Below, piece by piece: positions 19,406-28,796 of a stretch of 64,000 nt of DNA. Each line of letters starts with the position of its first letter. Positions within the stretch are counted from its first letter, which is position 1. This stretch comes from Oligoflexia bacterium (lineage in GTDB: Bacteria > Bdellovibrionota > Bdellovibrionia > JABDDW01). The DNA is taken from assembly GCA_020847095.1 (NCBI GenBank), contig JADLCR010000096.1, forward strand, positions 1,127 to 65,126, read 5' to 3'. The notes below the pieces were generated by a model. It ran no database searches, was not told the DNA's origin, and saw only the letters and a list, made by a program, of their open reading frames with translations. The translations under genes and the position numbers were made by a program.

Positions 19406-21328
19406 CTACCAAGCCGGATTGATGGAAAAGAAGTTTACCGGCATTAGGGTAAAGCCCGCCCTGTGCATATTCATAATCGGCCACTCTTCGGGTCTGGGTA
19501 AATGAGTGATCCCAAACGTATACCACATGACAATATCTTGGTTTTCAAGACTCTCGTTATTGCTGATATACCGTGGCAAACCTTCACCTTCAGGAGCGGT
19601 CGTCGGGTATGGGGCCGCTCCGCTCATTTCAGTATCTTTATAAACAGTAAACCAGGCGTGATGATCTATAAACCCCGCGCGCTTGCGGATTTGGCTTGAG
19701 GGATGCAAATAGGGAAACATATTTTCTCCCGGCATTAACGCATAACTTCGAGGGTGTTTAAACTCGTTGCGGGAGTTAGAATTTATCACTTTCCATTTTC
19801 GAGCTGTTTTCAAATTTAAATCCCGCTGTGCTACTTTTTCAGTAGCCAATATAGAGTTCTCTGCCACAAAGACGTTTCCATCGGGATTGAGATTTCCCCT
19901 TGGAACTGACTTAACATTTGTTTCCAAAGGACTGTTTCGGAGACCATCGACATCAAAATCCATTCGAAAATTGAAAATATGTTGATGATACGGGGCTAGA
20001 ATATTTTTTTCTGCCAATGGCTTGCAGGCTTTGTCACAATTATTGTCTACCAATGCTGTTCCACGGGCCAATAGTATACCGGTCAATTGAGCTTCAACTT
20101 GCAAAACACCATCCATATGAAAAATATAATTGATCCCGTAATCATAGTTGCCAATGGTCGTCATGAATGTAACCACAAGTTGCCGCGCTTGATCAGAAAA
20201 TGATTCGCCAGACTCGGAATCTCGATGCTTCCATAAAATTCCAGCATCTCGCTCATAGAAAGCCACGCCCGGCATAATTTGTGGGCTTTGTCCCAAATCA
20301 TCGGCCACAGGAACATCAATCAAAGTGGCATTGTCTGGAACATCTTTCCCTTTTTCAAGCGGATGCAAGGTTTTGCCTAGGCCGTATTCCCCAACATCAA
20401 ACGCATTTCGATAAGACCAAGATTTTTGAGCAGCTCCGTATGGAACCAGCATTTCTGAAAGTGAGATTTTATAAAGAATACTTCTTTCGACGCCGCCGTC
20501 ATCGAATCGAACGTGATAAAGTTGCAATCCTTGAAGTGGGTCCATAGACCAACGAAACTTCCATCGGTACCCAGAACCCTCATGATGATCGATTTTAAAC
20601 GATGGACCTTTTGGCTGAGTCACAATGAGTGGCTTTAGTTTATTGGAGCCTGATTTTCCTGTTAGTTCGTTTATTCCAGCTGCGATGGGCACGCGCTCCA
20701 CATCCCAAATCGAACTGACCCTGCCCTTCGACAAGTCCACGTTGACAACAATCCCTTCTATAGGGCGGGAATAAAAATTTTTGCCTTTTCCTTTTTTGTA
20801 ACTAAGTCCACGAAGAATCCGTTGGCCGGGCTTTTTCTCCTCTGGGCTGAGCAAGCCCGGTGCCCACAAATCCACCCAGACGTCATCAAGGTTTTCAATA
20901 CCTCGATCTTTCATCGCCTTCTGCCACCTGCTGTCGGCCTTAACAATTTCGCGCGCGCGACTATATTCTTCAATCAACACCGGAGGAGTGAGGCCCGGCA
21001 GAACTTTGGTCGATAGAATCTTTTTTGTTTTTAGATCCACGACAAGCTCAGTCATTAAGCTTTTTTTAAAATCGAAAATGGCCAGGTAGGCCCGCCTGAA
21101 ATCATGCGCTTTACCGGAGACCCAATCGAGTTTGCTGGGTTCTTGACGCCGAATGACTGGAAATCGAATCTCCGCACCAAATTTCTTTGAATCTCGAACG
21201 ATCTGTATGGCCAATTCAATTTCTTTTGAGCTCAAATCGTCAAAGGGACTTGCCGCAAAAACGACTGGCGACACCAACAGGACACATGCTATCAAGTGGC
21301 CAAAGATCTTACTCAAGTAAGCCTCCAA
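19406..21328 (-). CDS. Copper-containing primary-amine oxidase (topaquinone enzyme, TynA-like).
   Basis: TPQ precursor consensus TIGNYDYG, copper-ligand HQHIFNFRMDFD, about 640 aa, signal peptide. Confidence 0.85.
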   Translation of the reverse strand: MEAYLSKIFGHLIACVLLVSPVVFAASPFDDLSSKEIELAIQIVRDSKKFGAEIRFPVIRRQEPSKLDWVSGKAHDFRRAYLAIFDFKKSLMTELVVDLKTKKILSTKVLPGLTPPVLIEEYSRAREIVKADSRWQKAMKDRGIENLDDVWVDLWAPGLLSPEEKKPGQRILRGLSYKKGKGKNFYSRPIEGIVVNVDLSKGRVSSIWDVERVPIAAGINELTGKSGSNKLKPLIVTQPKGPSFKIDHHEGSGYRWKFRWSMDPLQGLQLYHVRFDDGGVERSILYKISLSEMLVPYGAAQKSWSYRNAFDVGEYGLGKTLHPLEKGKDVPDNATLIDVPVADDLGQSPQIMPGVAFYERDAGILWKHRDSESGESFSDQARQLVVTFMTTIGNYDYGINYIFHMDGVLQVEAQLTGILLARGTALVDNNCDKACKPLAEKNILAPYHQHIFNFRMDFDVDGLRNSPLETNVKSVPRGNLNPDGNVFVAENSILATEKVAQRDLNLKTARKWKVINSNSRNEFKHPRSYALMPGENMFPYLHPSSQIRKRAGFIDHHAWFTVYKDTEMSGAAPYPTTAPEGEGLPRYISNNESLENQDIVMWYTFGITHLPRPEEWPIMNMHRAGFTLMPVNFFSINPAW

Positions 21329-21333
21329 TTAAG

Positions 21334-23106
21334 TTAATCTTGACTGTCAGATACCGGTAATGCCTTAAGCTCCGCTTCTCTGCAAGCAGATCCCCGACAT
21401 CTCTTGAACTCCTGAAGATCAACTTTTAATTGTTCAAAGGTGGCCTTGATTTCTGGGTCAGAACTTTCAGCAATATTATTTAACTCATGGGGATCTTGAG
21501 CGGGCTGAATGTTATAAGCCTCATAAAACTTATCCTGGGTCCAGGCTGGGGTATACTCCATGAACTTATAGGACCTAGTCCTAATTCCAAAGCCCGTTGG
21601 TATTTTCATTTGGTTTTTTCCAGCAAACTCCCAATGTTCCAATAAAACTCTTGTTCTCCATTCTGATTGTCCAGGACGTACACTGAAATTTGGCGCCGTT
21701 CCAAAGATTAACGGCACAAGTGATTTGCCATCAACTTCATGGGTGGGTACAGCTCCGGCTAAGTCGGCAAATGTAACGGCCAGATCATGATTCAACGCCA
21801 TGTGCGGGATCGAAACTTTTTTGCTGACATTTGGACCCCGGACAAACATCGGAACTCTGATGGCCTCTTCGTACATTGTTCCCTTGTTTAGCATTTGGCG
21901 ATGTTCGCCAAAATGAAGTCCATGATCAGACGCAAAGAAGATATAGGTGTTTTCCAATTGGCCCGTTTCAGTCAGTGACTGAATAATTTGCTCAAGCATA
22001 TCCTCAACCGCTTCCATTGATCGAACTCGAGCTCGCAAGTGATTCTGTATGACCTCGATTTCAGCATCATTGAAAGGCTTTATCTGAATAGGAAGACCAT
22101 TAATAAATTTTGTAAAAATCCAAAATGGTTTATCTGCTATTGAGCCGGTATCGTTTTCTAAAAATCCGAAGCTTTGATTCGCCGGATTTGGATAAACGAT
22201 AGAATTAATCTTTGCGTCCAATTGAGCGTTTTGCCCCGGCTCATGACGAGGAGCTGGAAGAGGGTGGCAAAACTGTGTATTGCCCGATTGATCTTTCCAT
22301 ACGCATTTACGAATAGTTGAATCCGCAGACGGTTCTGCTTCATCTTCATCTTCGTCTTTTCCATGAGTAAGTTTGTGGGGCGCAGTTGGGTTCAGATACA
22401 TAAAAAATGGACGATTATCGTTAGCTTTGACGAAGTCCAATGCTTTGCGAGTCACCACATCGGTAGCGTAGTTTTCCGGTATCAAATTTCGGGTCACGGG
22501 GTCTTTTTTAGGATAATAGACCTTGCGAGCAAATCCGGTATTGGGTTCGTTCAGGTCTTTTTCTGCGAGATAAAAATTCCAAAACTTTCCATAGTGAGAC
22601 AATCCCGCGTACCAAGCATCCCATCCTTTAGGAACTGGTGGATTTCCCTCAGCACCAGCCAAAGCATTATATTTATTCAAATACTTTCCAGCTAACATTG
22701 TCCGATATCCCGAATTGTGAAGCCAGACTGCAACGTTTGAGTCTTCAAACCCCGCCGTCTTGAATTCGGTCCATCCACCATGACTTCCGTTATCAAGATT
22801 TCGATTATTATGATTATATAATCCCGTTAAAATGGATGATCGAGAGGGACAACACCAAGCGTTTGGAATAATAAATGTTGAAAATTTTGTCCCTTCTTCA
22901 AACATTATCGATTGAATTCTGTCTAAATACGGTAAGTCGCGAGCAGCCAAATCATCGGCAAGAATAAAAATTATGTTCGGACGCGCAACTGGGCCCCCGG
23001 GTGAAGTTACTATTCTCCATTGTGGAACCTGGGTTGCATTCATGAAAAAGATAAGACATGCAAACAAGACAAATCCGATTAAAAGCACGTTCTTTCGATG
23101 TCCCAC
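21334..23106 (-). CDS. Sulfatase (arylsulfatase / sulfatase-family hydrolase).
   Basis: Formylglycine motif CCPSRSSILTG and N-terminal IIFILADDL. Signal peptide. Confidence 0.85.
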   Translation of the reverse strand: MGHRKNVLLIGFVLFACLIFFMNATQVPQWRIVTSPGGPVARPNIIFILADDLAARDLPYLDRIQSIMFEEGTKFSTFIIPNAWCCPSRSSILTGLYNHNNRNLDNGSHGGWTEFKTAGFEDSNVAVWLHNSGYRTMLAGKYLNKYNALAGAEGNPPVPKGWDAWYAGLSHYGKFWNFYLAEKDLNEPNTGFARKVYYPKKDPVTRNLIPENYATDVVTRKALDFVKANDNRPFFMYLNPTAPHKLTHGKDEDEDEAEPSADSTIRKCVWKDQSGNTQFCHPLPAPRHEPGQNAQLDAKINSIVYPNPANQSFGFLENDTGSIADKPFWIFTKFINGLPIQIKPFNDAEIEVIQNHLRARVRSMEAVEDMLEQIIQSLTETGQLENTYIFFASDHGLHFGEHRQMLNKGTMYEEAIRVPMFVRGPNVSKKVSIPHMALNHDLAVTFADLAGAVPTHEVDGKSLVPLIFGTAPNFSVRPGQSEWRTRVLLEHWEFAGKNQMKIPTGFGIRTRSYKFMEYTPAWTQDKFYEAYNIQPAQDPHELNNIAESSDPEIKATFEQLKVDLQEFKRCRGSACREAELKALPVSDSQD

Positions 23107-23305
23107 AGAGCCCTCCAGTTTTTCTTAACGTCTTAATATCGGAACTCAGGGCTGCTTTGTTAAGACCTCGACCATTGCTTGGCCTCCGCTCTAGACCTTG
23201 GACTCATTAATCATCGAAAATGGTCAAGCGATTCCGCATTTCCGTCACGGTAAGCGCTTTACTCAAGACTTGGCATGGGTAAGGCATCCTGATGTAATAG
23301 ATAAT

Positions 23306-23629
23306 ATGAATAGATATTTGATTTCACTGATCGCCGCAATTATGATTTTTGGAATCACACCGGAACTCATAGCCCAATCGACCGAACAAACTCCGCTGAG
23401 CGGACCTTTTGGCTTTAAACCTATCCAGCTTTCTATTGGAAAAGATGGCATCAAGCGCAAAGAAGGCGGCTTTGTTTGTGATCTTTCCGCCACCTTTGGT
23501 GGGGCCCACTATTCAGAGTGGGGAGAAACCGAGAAAGATGCCCGCACCATTGTGATGAAGTCTTGCGAAAAGGGTTCAGGAACATTGATTTGTAAAGCCG
23601 ACAACATCAAGTGCCGGGAAGAAAAATAA
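23306..23629 (+). CDS. Small secreted hypothetical protein. The start is set at the internal Met that gives a signal peptide.
   Basis: MNRYLISLIAAIMIFGITPELIAQS signal peptide. A Cys-containing small protein. Confidence 0.4.
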   Translation: MNRYLISLIAAIMIFGITPELIAQSTEQTPLSGPFGFKPIQLSIGKDGIKRKEGGFVCDLSATFGGAHYSEWGETEKDARTIVMKSCEKGSGTLICKADNIKCREEK

Positions 23630-23906
23630 CCTTCATCTTGCCAGAAATAAAAAATCCACTTGGCTGGATCCTTTATTGGACAGCGCACTCATCTCAAAGT
23701 TGGGATTTCTAACGCAGGGGCAAAACAAGAAATTTGAATTTCTTTCCCAATTTTCTGAACTTTCCTACAGAGAGTCAGTCCTCGAAACGGAATGCAGAGC
23801 TCTCTGTTTGACTCTTCTCCTATGTGTTCGCCGTGGCACATCCTTCGCAGGCCAACTCAGAGACGAATACGCAGTATACGCACTTTTATGAACCTTAGAG
23901 GATCCT

Positions 23907-24623
23907 ATGAAACGATCAGTATTGTTTATTATGACAGTCATCTCACTTTCAAACTTTGCCAGTGCCATCGGGTCGAGCGATCTAAGATGCCTCCCCCGAC
24001 TTTACGATGAAAATCTTTTTGGTGGCACCATTACCCTTAAAGGAAGTTCGCTCGATAGAATCAAAATTGCCTGCTACGCAGTCGAAAAATTAAATGGCAA
24101 ATGCGGTTCAGTGATTGTTATTCGAAATCGCGACGTGAAAATCGGCGGTACTATTTATAAAGCTAATTACCATAATGGCGGCTACGAAGACTTTGGACCT
24201 TTCCGCATAGCAAGGCTTTCAGAATACACAAATTCCATGCCTACAGCGCGAGTCGTTTCCAATTTACCACTCACTGAAATAGTGATTAGCGGGTCTAACC
24301 AGCGTGTTGAGCCAACCGGACTATTTACTGGAGTGGGTACAATACTCGTAGTCTTCACACTTCCAATGGATGCTGTTTCCTTCGCTTGGAAGAAATGGGT
24401 GACCGAAGAAATATCCCCTGAAGCCACCGCTAAAAGCGCGGCTCTGGGTCGCAAGATTTTAAACGACAGTTTCAAAATACTTTTCACCGATGGCGCAAGC
24501 CTGCAGCTGGACCGACAACAGTATCGCCATTTGCTTCAGATACTGGGAACAATGGACGGCGACGATAATTCCTTTCGCCCTAGGGATGAGGTGAAACACG
24601 AAGTCGGTTGTAAGTTCGAATAG
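23907..24623 (+). CDS. Hypothetical secreted protein.
   Basis: Signal peptide MKRSVLFIMTVISLSNFASA. Confidence 0.5.
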   Translation: MKRSVLFIMTVISLSNFASAIGSSDLRCLPRLYDENLFGGTITLKGSSLDRIKIACYAVEKLNGKCGSVIVIRNRDVKIGGTIYKANYHNGGYEDFGPFRIARLSEYTNSMPTARVVSNLPLTEIVISGSNQRVEPTGLFTGVGTILVVFTLPMDAVSFAWKKWVTEEISPEATAKSAALGRKILNDSFKILFTDGASLQLDRQQYRHLLQILGTMDGDDNSFRPRDEVKHEVGCKFE

Positions 24624-24703
24624 TTCAAGTCGAATAGATCAAAACCTAGGTGTATGAGACTGTGGCGCCACCATGCTCAATTCCAATAAGACATTGCTAG
24701 AAA

Positions 24704-24732
24704 TAAAAAATCCACTTGGCCAGTGGATTTTT
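24704..24732. terminator. Strong bidirectional hairpin terminator (A6-TCCACT / AGTGGA-T6).
   Basis: Perfect inverted repeat aaaaaatccact-tggcc-agtggatttttt. Confidence 0.65.
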
Positions 24733-24736
24733 TAAA

Positions 24737-24772
24737 TGGCGGGGTGTACGCCTTTAGGGCTAACACCCCGAA
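24737..24772. repeat. Island-end att repeat and truncated tRNA-Asp copy that retains both acceptor-stem halves.
   Basis: tggcggggtgtacg is identical to 31881-31894, the 3' end of tRNA-Asp. ctaacaccccga matches the tRNA 5' end. The tRNA middle is deleted. Confidence 0.6.
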
Positions 24773-24813
24773 GTTGTTATATTTTCGATAGTCGTAAGTA
24801 GCAAGATCAAGTT

Positions 24814-25935
24814 TTAGCTGTCAGTTCCGCCTTTTCTGATGGAAATAACCTCTGCTGGAGGGCGTTGTTCATTGGGAATAATGAAGCCCAGGGCTTCTGT
24901 AGCACCCCGAATATCCACTCCTGCCATCCTTAAATACCCATTGGTGGTTCTCATCGAGTTATGACCAACAATGGCCATAACATGAGCGATGGAAACCCCT
25001 TTGGCTAATAAGGTAGTAATAAACGTTGCCCGAAGGTCATGGAATTTAACTGGCGTGATGCCGATCGCCTTACAAAAGTCTCTCGTCACCTCTGCCTGAT
25101 CTCCATGAAACCATTCTTTAAGCCTTGGGAGAATGAACTCATCCTCAAGTTTTCTTTTGATCAACTCTTCTTTTAAGAATGTCATCAGCTCCTGAGAGAT
25201 GGGAATCACTCTATTCTGCCTTGTCTTTGTCGGGCCAAAGCCGCCAAACCGTGTCCACTGACGGGTTAATGTGATGACTCTTCGATCAAAATCCACATCA
25301 CTCCATCTCAGTGCAAACATTTCTCCAGATCTCATTCCTGTTGTTAGGGCCATAACCCAAACAGGATAAAATCTGTGGTTTACCGCTTTTGCTTCTAACA
25401 AAAACTTTCTAACTTCATCGGAGGTCAACACCTGCTGATCCGTGTCAGGCAGCTTAATAACAATGCCCAAGCACGGATTGTGGGTAATGTGACCCTCCTC
25501 AAGTGCCATCTGAAAGACTCTTTTGATCATCTTCAAAAGATGTTTTCGAGCACTTGGGGTGATGAGTGTATTCGCCTTTTCAAACACAAGCTCATAAACT
25601 TCACGCTTAGTGATTGTGTTTATGTCTCGCAGTTTCCAAACTGGGTCGGCCCACTTTCCAAGAGTCACCTTGTAGTTGTGAAGAGTAGAGGGTTTGCAGT
25701 TATTGAACTTCATTCGAAGCTCACAAGCTGTTCTCCACTCATGCCAACGAGGCACGACGTCCTGCTCTTTGAGTTGAGCAACTTTACGCTTGAGCTCAAA
25801 CTCTTCATTCCTAGCTTTGTGAAGCGTCTCGATGTTCATCTTACGCATTTGATGGCGACGACCTCGCTTATCTCTGCCTGTGACGTACACCGTGTAAAGG
25901 ACTTTACCGTTCTTCTCGTACTGATTAATTGCCAT
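24814..25935 (-). CDS. int: Tyrosine-type site-specific integrase.
   Basis: C-terminal catalytic HxxR…Y block (HDLRATF…GHNSMRTTNGYLR). AGGAG Shine-Dalgarno 8 nt upstream of the ATG at 25935. Confidence 0.9.
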   Translation of the reverse strand: MAINQYEKNGKVLYTVYVTGRDKRGRRHQMRKMNIETLHKARNEEFELKRKVAQLKEQDVVPRWHEWRTACELRMKFNNCKPSTLHNYKVTLGKWADPVWKLRDINTITKREVYELVFEKANTLITPSARKHLLKMIKRVFQMALEEGHITHNPCLGIVIKLPDTDQQVLTSDEVRKFLLEAKAVNHRFYPVWVMALTTGMRSGEMFALRWSDVDFDRRVITLTRQWTRFGGFGPTKTRQNRVIPISQELMTFLKEELIKRKLEDEFILPRLKEWFHGDQAEVTRDFCKAIGITPVKFHDLRATFITTLLAKGVSIAHVMAIVGHNSMRTTNGYLRMAGVDIRGATEALGFIIPNEQRPPAEVISIRKGGTDS

Positions 25936-25937
25936 GA

Positions 25938-26225
25938 TTAGGCTCCTTTCATTTCGATCAGAGCTCTGCAATCAACCAGCTTAAAACGCAGCCTTCGTCC
26001 AAATTTATGCACCTTGATTTGATCCCGATGGACCAAAATTCTCAGCGCATTTGCACTTATTGATAAATAATAAGCCGCTTCATCTGTACTCAGCCACTCA
26101 CGTTCTATTCGATTATCAAAGAACAGTTTTCTATTTCGTCCACCTAAATTATCCATTCTTCTCATTTCAGTCGAATCTTTTAAGTTTTTTAAGTCGTCTA
26201 ATTCTCCTCTCGTTAAATTATTCAT
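25938..26225 (-). CDS. xis: Excisionase/AlpA-like helix-turn-helix DNA-binding protein.
   Basis: HTH segment LSTDEAAYYLSISANALRILVHRDQI. Directly upstream of int with a 2-nt gap. Confidence 0.65.
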   Translation of the reverse strand: MNNLTRGELDDLKNLKDSTEMRRMDNLGGRNRKLFFDNRIEREWLSTDEAAYYLSISANALRILVHRDQIKVHKFGRRLRFKLVDCRALIEMKGA

Positions 26226-26266
26226 TCTTAATCCCTTTCTTCATCCGCACGCACCACCATGCCCCG

Positions 26267-26316
26267 TCTCCGTGACTACTCTCCACCCATGAAGGTGGGG
26301 AGTAGTCACGGAGTTT
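26267..26316. promoter_or_regulatory. GC-rich near-perfect 20-bp inverted repeat upstream of xis-int, a possible operator or terminator.
   Basis: ctccgtgactactctccacc-catgaa-ggtggggagtagtcacggag with one wobble position, followed by TTTT. Confidence 0.4.
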
Positions 26317-26697
26317 TAGAGGGGCAAAAGCAGTCGCGTGCGGAATCGTTAAACGTTTGAAACCATTTCGATTCACGAAGAAAAGTCGTACACTTAGTTG
26401 CTTTTAAACATTGGGCCCCAGGAGGCCCCATGTTTTGAAAGTGTCTTTTATTTTGGGGGGGACAACACTCCCCCCAAAGATCCTCTTTTAATGCGCTACA
26501 TACACTCCTCCCTTGCTAAAAAAATCATGATTAACAAAGTGGAAAAGTAGGATGCACGCTCACGCGCATATGCAAAAATTGAGTTGGTTTAGGTAGATAA
26601 GTCGGGATCAGTAGTAAAAAGTAGTGTCTCTTTCATCAAGAGACTTCACCACATTAATCAATCCAGCCTTGAATTTCAAGGGATTTTTAAAACGAAG

Positions 26698-27222
26698 TTA
26701 ATGTAGCTCGATTGTTTTCTCAATATTCTGAGTAGAAACAGCACCATCAAGCTTCGTGGTAATTAATTGTGCAATATCGAGTGGGAGCGGCTTAGGGGAA
26801 AATATAAATCTATAAGCCCAGCCTCTTCCATATTGCTCTCTAATTTTAGTGTTAATATTTCCATCACTTAATAGCACAGGAGCCTTAACGAATTTAGTAA
26901 TAGTAATCTTAAACCTATGTGGATATTTTTTGTCGGACCATATTTCTTCTTCTGAATAGAAGTACTCACTTTCCACTTTTGCCGTAGCCCATATCATTCC
27001 AACGCAGTGCAAGAACACGACGGATCCTGGCTTAATGAGGTTTTTGAAAGTTGTTAATGTAGATCCAATAGTTTTTGTTTGAACTGCTAAAAGCAGGTTT
27101 TCTTTACGTTTTCCAAAGCTAACTATATTAAACGACATGGTTTCTAGTTCATATCCCTGAAAGCCTCTCATGTCTAGCTGCAGCGTTGATAAATTCATTT
27201 TATGAGTATATATTTTTGGCAA
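26698..27222 (-). CDS. PUA-like (EVE/ASCH-type) domain protein. The start is uncertain: TTG at 27222 or ATG at 27198 or 27171.
   Basis: GSVVFLHCVGMIWATAKVESEYFYSEEEIW…HRFKITI resembles the EVE core pattern (GDxVxFYHS…IVGIAEVVSEPY). It is divergent from the methyltransferase gene. Confidence 0.4.
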   Translation of the reverse strand: MPKIYTHKMNLSTLQLDMRGFQGYELETMSFNIVSFGKRKENLLLAVQTKTIGSTLTTFKNLIKPGSVVFLHCVGMIWATAKVESEYFYSEEEIWSDKKYPHRFKITITKFVKAPVLLSDGNINTKIREQYGRGWAYRFIFSPKPLPLDIAQLITTKLDGAVSTQNIEKTIELH

Positions 27223-27248
27223 TTAGCTCACACCCTAGACGAGGCAAA

Positions 27249-28796
27249 ATGAATCAAAATTTTGAAGCTTGCCCGATCGAGCTTTCTGACAAGCTTGGAC
27301 GGGAATTTTTTAATATCTCTTCAGAAAATAAAGCGACATTGGGTCAATACTTTACCCCATTTGAAGTTGCTAACTATATGGCTAGTCTTTTGGTTCCTGT
27401 TAAAAAAACAAAGGTGCTCATATTAGACCCAGGAGCCGGAAGTGGGATTCTATCTATTGCAGCTGTCAAATCATTAGTTGAGCGAGCAGATTCTATCACT
27501 AAACATTTTCACATCGATTTATTTGAAATCGATTCGTCATTAATTGAAAAACTTAGTTCAAGTCTAAAGCATCTCAAGACTTGGTGTGCTAATCGAAATA
27601 TCAAGCTAACATTCGAAATAGTCTCAGAAGACTTTATTCTAAGTAATTCATCGGCCATTAGCGAGCAGCAGTCTCTGATTCAATCAGTGAGCGAGTACGA
27701 TATCGTAATTTCTAATCCACCATATTTTAAAATAGGTAAGGACGATCCTAGAGCACTTGCCTGCGCAAGCATCGTTTATGGACAGCCCAACATCTATGCC
27801 CTCTTTATGGCGGTTTCAGCTGCGTTATTGAATGAAGATGGTCAATTGCTATTCATAACGCCACGAAGTTTCGCTTCAGGCCAATATTTCAAATCATTTC
27901 GACAGTACTTCTTCTCTCAAATTGCTATAGGGCAAATTCATCAATTTGTAAGTCGAGTTGATGCATTCGAAAGGGATAGTGTTTTACAAGAAAACATTAT
28001 TTTATTTGGGTTCAAAAAGAAGTCTACAACCACATCTCCGATAACAATTACAAGTTCACAAGGGCGCTCAGATATCAATGACAGCTCCACTCTGCGAGTT
28101 AAAGAATTTGAAATTTTAGAAAAAAATAATGACTTTGCTCTGTCGCTACCAAGTACTAAACAAGACATGCATGTTTTGAAAATTATTAAGAGCTGGAAGA
28201 ATAGTCTTGAATTAATGGGATTAAAAATATCAACCGGGCCTGTGGTTCCCTTTAGAGCCACAGAATTTTTAATGAAAGATAAGGTGCAAGGAGTTGTTCC
28301 CTTGTATTGGATACAACACATCAAGCCCATGCAAACACTTTTCCCGCTTCCCGCTTTTCGCAAGCAGCAGTGGTTTAAAGATAATAAGCAATCCAAAAAA
28401 CTACTCGTAAAGAATCAAAATATGATTTTAATGAGACGTTTTAGTCCGAAAGAAGACTTTAGGAGACTTACAGTCGCTCCGTTTTTAAGTTCTGGCTATA
28501 AAGGTAGTTTTGTAGGCTTAGAAAATCACTTAAATTATATCTACAGGCCAAATGGAAAATTTGCTGAGAGCGAAATTATGGGATTATCAGCTTTTCTCAA
28601 TTCTAGATTTTTTGATTCATACTTCAGAATATTAAATGGGAATACCCAAGTTAGCGCAACAGAGCTGCGGGCGGCTCCATTGCCACCGCAAGAAAAGCTT
28701 ATTGAAATTGGAACTACACTAATTAAAGCAAAGGATTACTCGTACCAAGCGATCGATACGGTTGTTGAAGAGATTCTTGAATTGGATGGCTACTGA
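27249..28796 (+). CDS. N6-adenine DNA methyltransferase, gamma-class of the Eco57I/PstI-methylase family. Start moved to Met22, which carries an RBS.
   Basis: Motif I LDPGAGSGILSIAA, motif IV NPPYFKIG, and an N-terminal YFTPFEVANYM. Confidence 0.8.
   Translation: MNQNFEACPIELSDKLGREFFNISSENKATLGQYFTPFEVANYMASLLVPVKKTKVLILDPGAGSGILSIAAVKSLVERADSITKHFHIDLFEIDSSLIEKLSSSLKHLKTWCANRNIKLTFEIVSEDFILSNSSAISEQQSLIQSVSEYDIVISNPPYFKIGKDDPRALACASIVYGQPNIYALFMAVSAALLNEDGQLLFITPRSFASGQYFKSFRQYFFSQIAIGQIHQFVSRVDAFERDSVLQENIILFGFKKKSTTTSPITITSSQGRSDINDSSTLRVKEFEILEKNNDFALSLPSTKQDMHVLKIIKSWKNSLELMGLKISTGPVVPFRATEFLMKDKVQGVVPLYWIQHIKPMQTLFPLPAFRKQQWFKDNKQSKKLLVKNQNMILMRRFSPKEDFRRLTVAPFLSSGYKGSFVGLENHLNYIYRPNGKFAESEIMGLSAFLNSRFFDSYFRILNGNTQVSATELRAAPLPPQEKLIEIGTTLIKAKDYSYQAIDTVVEEILELDGY

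Noticed and set aside
23198-23305. Long N-terminal extension of the small ORF 23198..23629
   Set aside because: The internal Met at 23306 gives a clean signal peptide, and the extension has no RBS.
23676-23891. 71-aa ORF in the 23.6-23.9 kb intergenic region
   Set aside because: It has no RBS, a Cys/Leu-rich composition that looks unlike a coding sequence, and it lies in the terminator and repeat region.
23665-23898. Two GGATCC sites bracketing the 23.7-23.9 kb spacer
   Set aside because: Six-base palindromes are expected by chance. Nothing else supports an element here.
25480-25941. 153-aa + strand ORF inside the integrase gene
   Set aside because: It lies antisense to a confidently called integrase.
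27186-27248. Upstream start of the methyltransferase ORF at 27186
   Set aside because: It would overlap the divergent PUA-like gene by 37 nt and has no RBS. Met22 at 27249 has a GAGG Shine-Dalgarno.
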